A stretch of DNA of 13,534 nucleotides from an uncultured Methanosarcinaceae archaeon (GTDB taxonomy: Archaea; Halobacteriota; Methanosarcinia; Methanosarcinales; Methanosarcinaceae): the NCBI GenBank assembly GCA_963721455.1, contig CAVRJG010000022.1, positions 1-13,534 on the forward strand. The letters run 5' to 3'. A program made the translations under genes and the position numbers. Below, piece after piece: positions 1-6,870 of the stretch. Below the pieces are notes generated by a model. It was not told the origin of the DNA and did no database searches. It worked only from the letters and a program-made list of their open reading frames with translations. Position 1 is the first letter of the stretch. Each line of letters starts with the position of its first letter.

Positions 1-107
1 TTAACTTGAATAAACTCGCAATTCCATGTAGAAAACAGCCAGAACCCTGTCCTTAAATTTGGCTGTTCTTAAATTCGGAAACCAAAATGAAAAAACTCTA
101 AACTGAG

Positions 108-300
108 ATGACTCCTGCAGAACCTCTTTATCTTGCAATTCTGATTTTCACAGGCGCATTTATAGGCATTGTTTCAGGCCTGCTGGGTATAGGGGAGGCT
201 TTAATGTCTGTGTCCAGTACTGACTCTTGCAGGAAACCGGACTGCAGCCTTACATGGAGATAAGGATGGCTCTCGGGACAAACCTTTTTGTAGTCATTGT
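108..300 (+). pseudogene. Decayed TauE/SafE (sulfite exporter family) gene, 5' fragment
   Basis: ATG at 108 reads MTPAEPLYLAILIFTGAFIGIVSGLLGIG, the TauE TM1 GxxSGLLGIGGG motif. The frame then breaks at ~191-210. Another frame continues VQY*LLQETGLQPYMEIRMALGTNLFVVI (TGA where Trp is expected), matching the TauE 'A.GT.L' segment. Similarity is lost after ~300. Confidence 0.75.
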
Positions 301-364
301 TCAACGAAAAACTCTATTTGTAATTTCATAAAATTTTAAAAGCATATTTGGAGTATGTGGTTTT

Positions 365-727
365 ATGAACGATTTAATAATCTATTTAACAATTGGTATT
401 GCCGCGGGTATTTTAAGTGGATTATTTGGAATTGGTGGTGGGGTTATAATTATTCCTGCATTAATGTTTTTAGAAGGATTTCCTCAATTAAAAGCACAGG
501 GAACTTCTCTAATTGCATTGCTCCCGCCTGTTGGTATACTTGCATTTCTTGAATATTATAAAAGAGGAAATACTGATTTATATGCGGGTATAATTATTTG
601 TATGGCTATGGTTATTAGTGCAAAGTTTGGAGCGCAATTCGCACATATGCTCCCAATGGATGTAATGAGAAAGACTTTTGGAATATTTATTATTTTAATA
701 GGAATAAAAACGTTTTTTGGAAAATAA
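365..727 (+). CDS. Half-size TauE/SafE family (TSUP) membrane transporter, 120 aa
   Basis: Contains the GILSGLFGIGGGVIIIP and AQGTSL motifs and about four hydrophobic segments. It corresponds to one repeat unit of the TauE fold and is visibly more AT-rich than the core genes. Confidence 0.9.
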   Translation: MNDLIIYLTIGIAAGILSGLFGIGGGVIIIPALMFLEGFPQLKAQGTSLIALLPPVGILAFLEYYKRGNTDLYAGIIICMAMVISAKFGAQFAHMLPMDVMRKTFGIFIILIGIKTFFGK

Positions 728-772
728 GCAATTATTAAACTTTCCCTTAATTTATAGTTTCCAACGCAACTT

Positions 773-890
773 TAGGACTTACGTACTTGAGATGAAAAAT
801 CAAGTACAATAGACGTTACAGATAAATGCATAATTTAGACGGTTGATGGTTCAATGCCATTGATTTCTCAGTTCAACCGCGTAAGTCCTA
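773..890. mobile_element. 118-bp MITE with terminal inverted repeats and 5-bp target-site duplication
   Basis: TAGGACTTACG (773-783) and CGTAAGTCCTA (880-890) are perfect inverted repeats, extending imperfectly to ..NNNTTGA. They are flanked by the direct repeat AACTT at 768-772 and 891-895. No ORF inside. Confidence 0.85.
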
Positions 891-924
891 AACTTATTAC
901 ACATATTAATGTTTATATTTTTTT

Positions 925-1327
925 ATGGTGGGGGAGGAACAAATTCCTATTGATCGAAAGGTAACTCTTGATGAGATCAACGTTTTAATCAAACACGAAA
1001 ACAATTCAAGAGTGCTGAAAATGCCCGATTTTGTCAAATTTAGGTGTTTGGGAGATTCCGTTGAAGAAGCTGCTAATAAAGTTGGAGTGACTAAGAAAAC
1101 AGGATATTACTGGCAGGATTATTGGAATAAAGGCGGCTATGCCGCCTTAATACCAAATTTTAGTGGGGCAAGAAAAGTCCAAGCTTTCCGATGAGCAAAT
1201 AAAAGAATTAAGAACCTTGTTGGAAAATAAGGATTATTGGACTACCAGAGAAGTTTTGGAGCTAGTAAAGGAAAAATATGGTATAGAGTATTCACAGAAA
1301 CAAATCGGAGTTATACTGCATCGATTC
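925..1327 (+). pseudogene. IS630-family transposase N-terminal HTH/winged-HTH region, frameshifted and truncated
   Basis: ORFs 925..1194 and 1163..1429 join through a +1 shift in the A-run near 1170-1177. The joined protein reads ...SVEEAANKVGVTKKTGYYWQDYWNKGGYAALIPNFSG/RKSKLSDEQIKELRTLLENKDYWTTREVLELVKEKYGIEYSQKQIGVILHRF, typical of IS630 ORF-A. Similarity ends at ~1327. Confidence 0.85.
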
Positions 1328-1341
1328 TCTAATTTATCTGG

Positions 1342-1400
1342 AAAAGAGATGGGAAGAATCGTCTTAATATCATCTCCTTTCTATTCCCCATCTCATTTTT
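1342..1400. terminator. Imperfect inverted repeat downstream of the 1426..2340 gene
   Basis: GAGATGGG (1346-1353) pairs with CCCATCTC (1387-1394), with flanking A and T runs, just past the stop of the minus-strand gene. Confidence 0.35.
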
Positions 1401-1425
1401 GTCAAGCATCCAGAACTGTCAAAGA

Positions 1426-2340
1426 TTAAGCTTCAGTACTGTTACCAGTGCTGTTGTCCTGCATTCTGCCAGGGCCCATAGGGCCACAGCCTCTATGCCG
1501 CATCGGATCTTCTATATACATTCCTCTTTCCCTGGAAGAATGCATAATCTCCCTCAAATCTTCAAAAGATTTTGCTCCTTTGAGATCTTCCATCAGAGCC
1601 GTGAGTTCCGTAATCCTGCTGCTGAACTGCTCGTCACTCGTGTTTCCACTCTCATTCACTCTTGCCTTAATAAGCTCAATTTTCTTTTCAAGGGAATTAA
1701 GGGCCTGTGCGTGCTCATAGGTGAATATAACTTCCTGCAGTTCTGCTGCAGTCGAAGCCTCACTCACGTTAGTGGATAAGTTTTGAAGGTCAGAGATTCT
1801 TTCACTGAGCTCTTCAGTCCTGTCCTCATCACCGGCTTCCGTAAGGTTGGTCTGCTCAGCTTCCAGCCTTTCAGTCATATTTTCAAGGGAAGCAACTATT
1901 TCCGTCTGAACATCAGTGAAATTGTCATCGGTCACGTTCTCAATCTGGTCGAGGCCAAATAATCCAGGCATTCTACCGGGTCCCATGTGCATTTCGCCAG
2001 GACTCCTGTTCATTCCATCAGGCCCCATACATTCATTTGCCTGCCTGTGACTGGACAAAACCTTCTGGAGGTCGGATGCATTCGAAACCTCGCTTACCTC
2101 ACTATAGAAGCTTTGAAGCTCGGCAATTTTTTTACTAATCGAGTCAAGGATGTTTGCCTGAACATCAGTGAAATTTTCTTCGGTTATATTCCCTGCCGGA
2201 CCAGATCTTAGATTATACATCGGATCAGTCGAATTTGTTTGAGTTCCGTTTTCTGAAGCAAAAGCTCCCGAAGGGATGATACTTAATACAATCAGCACCA
2301 CCGCAAGACGGGAAATTGATTTTAATGCTTTTATTGTCAT
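1426..2340 (-). CDS. Secreted acidic alpha-helical repeat protein with Met/His/Cys-rich MGPG motifs (hypothetical)
   Basis: GGAGGT Shine-Dalgarno upstream, signal peptide (…AVVLIVLSIIPSGAFA), and internal repeats NITEENFTDVQ / NVTDDNFTDVQ and SNASDLQKVL / STAAELQEVI / KSFEDLREIM. MGPGRM occurs twice and there are many N-x-S/T sequons. Confidence 0.85.
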   Translation of the reverse strand: MTIKALKSISRLAVVLIVLSIIPSGAFASENGTQTNSTDPMYNLRSGPAGNITEENFTDVQANILDSISKKIAELQSFYSEVSEVSNASDLQKVLSSHRQANECMGPDGMNRSPGEMHMGPGRMPGLFGLDQIENVTDDNFTDVQTEIVASLENMTERLEAEQTNLTEAGDEDRTEELSERISDLQNLSTNVSEASTAAELQEVIFTYEHAQALNSLEKKIELIKARVNESGNTSDEQFSSRITELTALMEDLKGAKSFEDLREIMHSSRERGMYIEDPMRHRGCGPMGPGRMQDNSTGNSTEA

Positions 2341-2428
2341 AACGTACCTCCGTTAATTACCGTGTTTTCTTTTTTCCGTTTGTCTAGCCGGCTGTTCGCC
2401 TGTTGACAGTCCTGAAATTAACTGGCTT

Positions 2429-2540
2429 AAATATAAGCATACTTTCAGGAATAAGGGGATTAAAGAAATTTAATTTAAGAAATAAGCTTTTTTGGACTTT
2501 AGATTCAATAAAAAACCTTAAATATCCTGTTTAATACTTA
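2429..2540 (-). promoter_or_regulatory. Shared promoter/operator copy 1 (for 1426..2340)
   Basis: The minus strand reads AAAGCTT (from 2490)...TAAATTAAATTTCTTTA...AAGTATGCTTATATTT (from 2444), with the same spacing as the copies at 3490 and 7961. Confidence 0.65.
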
Positions 2541-2590
2541 TTAGGCCCCTTAAGCGCCGTATCTTTGAAAAGAAGAAATGTATTCATTTA

Positions 2591-2660
2591 TAAGGACTTG
2601 CGCAGTTGAACTGAGAAAAAGTAGCATGAAACTTCAAATAGTCTAATTCATAATATTTAT
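2591..2660. mobile_element. Diverged partial copy of the 773..890 MITE end
   Basis: TAAGGACTTGCGCAGTTGAACTGAGAAA...GTCTAATTCAT..ATTTAT aligns with the reverse complement of 822-891 (TTAGGACTTACGCGGTTGAACTGAGAAA...GTCTAAATTATGCATTTAT). The second terminal repeat is not found. Confidence 0.7.
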
Positions 2661-2796
2661 GATAGACCTGCTAACACAGTTGGTTAAGGATCTTACTGCT
2701 TTTATAATCCAATACGGGATTATACGAATCAGTCGTAATCAGTTTTTTACAGCCAGTTCTCATCGTCTGTTTCCGGGGAATTTTTTATTATAATCA

Positions 2797-2910
2797 TTTT
2801 CCCATTTCTTATGGTTGTTTTCCCATTTTTTATGGTTGTTTTCCCATTTTTATGGTTGTTTTCCCATTTTTATGGTTGTTTCCCCATTTCTTATAATTGC
2901 TTTCCTATTT
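2797..2910 (-). repeat. 21/20-bp tandem repeat encoding WENNHKK-type heptads
   Basis: CCCATTT recurs at 2801, 2822, 2843, 2863 and 2883, with CCTATTT at 2904 (periods 21, 21, 20, 20, 21). The minus-strand unit is TGG GAA AAC AAC CAT AA(G/A) AAA. Confidence 0.9.
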
Positions 2911-3174
2911 CCTGTAGTCGTCGCCATGTTTCTTATTGTTGTCCCATTTCTTTTTCTCGTTGTTCCATTTCTTCTGTTCGTTATCCCAGTTTCTCTTCTC
3001 ATTGTCCCACTTTTTCTGTTCGTCATCCCACTTCTTCTTCTCGGCGCCCCATTGCTTCTCAGTTTTTTCCGTAGACGCTGCGCTTACTGACGCAACAGTC
3101 ACTGACAGTACAAAACAAACTGCCAGCAAAATACCGAGTGTCTTTTTTATTCTGTCAAATGTTTTCTTTCCCAC
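2905..3174 (-). CDS. Secreted Trp-heptad repeat protein; likely truncated at TAG, ancestral frame extending to ~2750-2760
   Basis: AAGGAG SD and GTG start, signal peptide (KKTLGILLAVCFVLSVTVASVSA), and six W-x6 heptads (KKWDNEQ-like). The stop is a TAG where the repeat pattern predicts Trp (TGG), and the heptads continue downstream. Confidence 0.75.
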   Translation of the reverse strand: MGKKTFDRIKKTLGILLAVCFVLSVTVASVSAASTEKTEKQWGAEKKKWDDEQKKWDNEKRNWDNEQKKWNNEKKKWDNNKKHGDDYRK

Positions 3175-3458
3175 TATGCCTACTCCTTAATTTTGTCTAA
3201 TTGATGTATTTTAAACGGTCTATTTTTCAATTCCCTCTCCGCCGCAGAATCGATGAGATTGCTTGTGAAAATGGTTGAGTACAGTCTAAAAAGTTGCCTA
3301 TGTTATTTCGCGGGGGGTCCTAAGTGCCCTTTTGTCCGTTATATGACCTGAGAGCAAGGACACGTTTTCTAATTTAAAAAGATCGCCTGATGTAAGAAAA
3401 AATCCATTAAAGGCTTTTAAAGGGAAGTGAACCCTCAATACGGAAAAAATACGATGCA

Positions 3459-3556
3459 TAAAGGATTAAATTTAAAAATAGCGCCTTTTAAAGCGTAAAT
3501 GGTAAATTTAATCCTTTAATATAACTGAAAAAGTAAGTATGCTTTTATCATTAAAT
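3459..3556 (+). promoter_or_regulatory. Shared promoter/operator copy 2 with perfect 16-bp dyad (for the ArsR-like gene)
   Basis: TAAAGGATTAAATTTA (3459-3474) and TAAATTTAATCCTTTA (3503-3518) form a perfect inverted repeat. TAAGTATGCTTTTATCATTAAAT (3534-3556) follows and contains a TATA-like box. Confidence 0.75.
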
Positions 3557-3788
3557 CCATATATGGTATCTTCTGTCAGGAACACATCGAGCAGTACTAT
3601 CTCCCCCTAAAAATCCGAAAATATTCTATGGCAGCACAGCTTTGTACGTGCATGTAGAAACGGTTAAAACATCGAGGAAACCATATGTAGAATAGGCCTG
3701 CAATATCAGCTAGGTGTATTCCTGACTATACTTTTCAACTCTTTAAAGAGCTCTTAAGAAGCGTTAAGAAAATGTAACAGGGATAAAA

Positions 3789-4181
3789 ATGCCTGATAAC
3801 CCGGAGGAAAAATTGCTGATTCTGCAGCTTTCCGAAGATTCCAGAAAAATTGCCCGGCTTCTTTCGAATGAGACTTCAATCAGAATCCTTAAACTGCTTA
3901 ATAAGAAGTCGATGTCGGCAGGCGACCTTGCAGATGAGCTGGAGGTGCGCCTGAACACTCTTAAATATAATCTGGACTCGCTACTCGAGGCTGAAATGAT
4001 CAGAGTAAGGCACGTAAAATGGAGCCGGAAAGGGAGGGAAATAAAGGTTTATGAGGCAGTGGAAAAGGTAATCATTCTTCTGCCTGCAAAAAAGAACCTG
4101 GAAACTTCTTTTACGTCAATGAAGTTCTGGCAAAACATCCCTGAAAGTTTAGAGGGGCGGAAAATCCCCGAATTGTCGTGA
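3789..4181 (+). CDS. ArsR/SmtB-like winged helix-turn-helix transcriptional regulator
   Basis: LSNETSIRILKLL..KSMSAGDLADELEVRLNTLKYNLDSLLEAEMIRV..KWSRKGREIKVYE follows the ArsR/HTH_20 pattern. It has no Cys. Confidence 0.88.
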   Translation: MPDNPEEKLLILQLSEDSRKIARLLSNETSIRILKLLNKKSMSAGDLADELEVRLNTLKYNLDSLLEAEMIRVRHVKWSRKGREIKVYEAVEKVIILLPAKKNLETSFTSMKFWQNIPESLEGRKIPELS

Positions 4182-4324
4182 AATTTATTATAAGCCAGAC
4201 TTTTATGCGGTGATTATATCCTTTTCGATAAAAAATTTCAAAATTTAACCAAATATTAAAATACATGAATCCAGAGAAAAAGTACAGTCCAGCATTAAGT
4301 TCTTTCAATAGGACGTGTCCCGGT

Positions 4325-5434
4325 ATGAAAATCAAATATCTGTCCCTGCTCCTTATACTTGCAGGAATTATCCTGATCTCAGGCTGTGTTGATACGGAAG
4401 CTCAGCCCCATACTTATAAGTCTCCAGGAGATCTGTACAGGAGTATCTTTTATCCTTATACAGAACTTCCGGATCATGGAGGCCATGAGACGCCAGGTGT
4501 GCATCCTCACCGTCCGCTTCATAAAGGACATCATCCAGACTCTGAGTCCATCCAGACTCTGAGAGAAGCAACCTCCCTTCTCGACAGCAATATAGAGAAG
4601 GCAGAAATTATTTCCACGCGGCTTGAAGAAGGAATTCAGCGTTTCAAAGCCGAGGGTGAGGATGTTAGCAGACTTGAAGCCTTAATTGAGGAATATAACC
4701 GCCTTTTAGAGGAAGCAAAAGAATACAGAGCCCTCGCAGATACAGTTGCCGATGAAGGAAACAACAGCTCAACTACAGATTCAGGAAACGGTTCATCCGA
4801 AAGTACTGAAAGAGAAAATTTGATCAGGTCTCAAAAGCGTATGATTCAAGCTAATCACGTCCTGAAAGAGATTTTCGAAGAATTAAAGTACACGATGTCT
4901 GGGAGCGAAGAGCTCAACAGCACATCCCGACTCAGTGCGGCAGGAGACGGAAAAGCTCTTCTGGCAGGCAGTTTTGCCCTTAACATTCACCTGGAAAATG
5001 GATTGATGGCAATACCGGAGATATCTCCCGATTCCGAAATATATATAAAAGGGGATTATACGTTTGAAGAAAAAACCGGTATGCAGGATAAGGTACTCGT
5101 GTACCATATACAGTCTGCTGACGTGAACATCTCCGATTCTTTTAAGGCAGTAATGATCAGCGGCACAAACATTACCCTTACTGCAGATGGAGAAGGATAT
5201 TTGGCTTTCATGGGAAACGGCACATACAGGATTGAGGATGCAGGCAAAATAATAAAAGAAGAAAACTGGGGGGTCCCTTTCTTTGAAGAAGAAAGGAATC
5301 CCGATGAGTTAGGACCTGATGAAGAGGATCATGACACAGTAACCGGGCATAAAACAGAGAGTAATATTACCGAAGAGAACAGAGTTGATCCGGAAGCACG
5401 GGATAAAAGAAGCTTTATTAAAGAAAACCCATAG
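4325..5434 (+). CDS. Lipoprotein with His-rich N-terminus, coiled-coil region and beta-rich C-terminal domain (hypothetical)
   Basis: Likely start is ATG 4325 rather than 4265: MKIKYLSLLLILAGIILISGC is a lipoprotein signal with lipobox ISGC. It is followed by DHGGHETPGVHPHRPLHKGHHPD, amphipathic helices, then Gly/beta-strand-rich sequence. Confidence 0.82.
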   Translation: MKIKYLSLLLILAGIILISGCVDTEAQPHTYKSPGDLYRSIFYPYTELPDHGGHETPGVHPHRPLHKGHHPDSESIQTLREATSLLDSNIEKAEIISTRLEEGIQRFKAEGEDVSRLEALIEEYNRLLEEAKEYRALADTVADEGNNSSTTDSGNGSSESTERENLIRSQKRMIQANHVLKEIFEELKYTMSGSEELNSTSRLSAAGDGKALLAGSFALNIHLENGLMAIPEISPDSEIYIKGDYTFEEKTGMQDKVLVYHIQSADVNISDSFKAVMISGTNITLTADGEGYLAFMGNGTYRIEDAGKIIKEENWGVPFFEEERNPDELGPDEEDHDTVTGHKTESNITEENRVDPEARDKRSFIKENP

Positions 5435-5510
5435 CTTTCTAGAAAAAAATATAAGAATAAAAATTACCTGAAAGAATGAAAAAATCCAAATTGCAACTCT
5501 GGATTTACTG

Positions 5511-6692
5511 ATGAAAATGAATCTGAGGTTCTACATTATTTGCATTGCGGCTGTACTAGCTTTAGTTGGACCTGCCGCAGCAAACAGCAACAACACCGCC
5601 ACAATCCATGGAGAAGTATACGGCTGGGATACCTTCGAACCTCTTGAAAATGCGGTGGTTGATGTAAATTCCACGCCCTCTCAATCAATGGTGGCAAAAT
5701 ACGGCCTTTATTCCTTTAAACTGGCTCCCGGAGATTATTCTATTAAAGCCAGGTATTATCAAAACAGCACTCTTATTTATTCGGCAGAAGAAACTGTCCG
5801 GATTAAAGATGAAGGAGATTACGTGCGCGATCTCCTGCTTCTTCCCGTTTATTCCGAAGAGCTCATGGACGGCTCCGAAGTAAACGGATCCTCTGCAAAC
5901 CTGAACGAAAGTGCAGAAAACTCTTCCTCGAATACAGTAAATCCGCTAGCAGAAACAGCTATAGATAAAGTAAATAATTCCAATAGCGTGAATCTCACCG
6001 AAGAAAGCGTAGCTGATTCTTCAACTGTAAGTTACCTTTTAATATCCCTTGCGCTTTTTATCCTGCTCGCAGGCGGGTACCAGCTTTCCAGAAAGAATAA
6101 AAAGATAGAGAAAAATGCGCTTCAGGAATTAAAAATGGAACATATGACCGGATCTTTCTCCGGATCTGGAAATGTGCCCGAGCTTTCGGTAGAAGCCCCT
6201 TATAAAAATACTGAACCGGAATCGAAACAGGAATCTCAGGAAAAGACTGTAGAAACCGGATTTGCAACAGAGCCGGTAAAAGAGCAAGTAAAAGAGCAAG
6301 TAAAAGAGCTAGAACCCGAAATACCGGAAAAGAAGGTGCAGGCAGAGCTAGCAGAAAGTAAAGTGGAATATCCGGTACAGGAAAAAGAACTTGCGGAATC
6401 CGGGCCAGAAGAAGAGAACGAAATTATTTCCCTTGAAGAACCTGAAGATAGTCCCGAAATTGAAACCCCTGCTCCCAAAAAGAAGCTCCCGCTTCCCGCA
6501 GACCTCCAGGTGGTCATGGACATAATTCGAGGCCAGGGAGGCCGGATTACCCAGAAAGACCTCCGCAGCAAGCTGAAATATTCCGAAGGAAAAGTCAGCC
6601 TCATGCTTGCCGACCTTGAAAGGAGAGAACTGATTGAGAAGTTCAAGCGGGGGCGCGGGAATGTTGTGATCCTGAGAGATGAGGAGCACTAA
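5511..6692 (+). CDS. Membrane-anchored winged-HTH protein: signal peptide, carboxypeptidase-regulatory-like beta domain, TM helix, acidic linker, C-terminal wHTH (COG2512-like)
   Basis: Signal peptide …LALVGPAAA; ATIHGEVY..TFEPLENAVVDV…YGLYSFKLAPGDYSIKARY; TM YLLISLALFILLAGGYQL followed by SRKNKK; Glu/Pro-rich linker; and DLQVVMDIIRGQGGRITQKDLRSKLKYSEGKVSLMLADLERRELIEKFKRGRGNVVIL. Confidence 0.88.
   Translation: MKMNLRFYIICIAAVLALVGPAAANSNNTATIHGEVYGWDTFEPLENAVVDVNSTPSQSMVAKYGLYSFKLAPGDYSIKARYYQNSTLIYSAEETVRIKDEGDYVRDLLLLPVYSEELMDGSEVNGSSANLNESAENSSSNTVNPLAETAIDKVNNSNSVNLTEESVADSSTVSYLLISLALFILLAGGYQLSRKNKKIEKNALQELKMEHMTGSFSGSGNVPELSVEAPYKNTEPESKQESQEKTVETGFATEPVKEQVKEQVKELEPEIPEKKVQAELAESKVEYPVQEKELAESGPEEENEIISLEEPEDSPEIETPAPKKKLPLPADLQVVMDIIRGQGGRITQKDLRSKLKYSEGKVSLMLADLERRELIEKFKRGRGNVVILRDEEH
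6276..6311 (+). repeat. In-frame 12-bp tandem repeat x3 (VKEQ VKEQ VKEL)
   Basis: GTAAAAGAGCAA GTAAAAGAGCAA GTAAAAGAGCTA within the acidic linker. Confidence 0.9.
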
Positions 6693-6711
6693 AACTCAGA
6701 ACCTTCCATTC

Positions 6712-6750
6712 CTCACTTTTTCATCTCACTTTTTTCATATTTGCATATTT
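6712..6750 (+). terminator. Oligo-T archaeal terminator candidates after the wHTH gene
   Basis: CTCACTTTTTCAT CTCACTTTTTTCAT and further T-runs about 20 bp after the stop codon. Confidence 0.45.
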
Positions 6751-6780
6751 TGAGAACTCTGCTCATCCGGATAATTTAAT

Positions 6781-6852
6781 TATGTACTCGATAACTATGA
6801 TTTTTATATACTCGATAACTCTGATTTTTATATACTCGATAACTCTGATTTT
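6781..6852. repeat. 24-bp tandem repeat x3 between convergent genes
   Basis: TAT(G/A)TACTCGATAACT(A/C)TGATTTT at 6781, 6805 and 6829, contiguous with no spacers. Confidence 0.92.
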
Positions 6853-6870
6853 TCCTGCTTTTTACCGACC

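Larger units (their letters stand above)
753..1327 (+). mobile_element. IS630-family insertion sequence remnant (left end plus truncated transposase)
   Basis: Contains the HTH part of an IS630-type transposase. A TA-containing putative left end (TATAGTTTCCAACGCAAC) lies upstream and is interrupted by a MITE. No DDE domain or right end is seen. The left boundary is inferred. Confidence 0.65.

Noticed and set aside
34-67. AACAGCCA/TGGCTGTT inverted repeat at the left edge
   Set aside because: It is only 8 bp, and its context lies outside the window, so no function can be assigned.
1163-1194. Programmed frameshift in the IS630 transposase
   Set aside because: The shift falls inside the HTH region rather than at the ORF-A/ORF-B junction, and the DDE half is missing. 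Decay is more likely.
2797-2910. Regular repeats as a possible CRISPR array
   Set aside because: The units are contiguous with no unique spacers, and they encode protein heptads.
2811-3190. Hydrophobic plus-strand ORFs (2811..3074, 2815..3090, 2936..3190)
   Set aside because: These are antisense shadows of the Lys/Glu/Trp repeat gene, which has the SD and signal peptide.
5432-5479. Pyrrolysine read-through at the lipoprotein TAG stop
   Set aside because: Read-through would add only 14 low-complexity residues before a TGA, and there is no sign of coding continuation.
6781-6852. 24-bp repeats as a possible mini-CRISPR
   Set aside because: There are no spacers and no cas genes; this is a simple tandem repeat.
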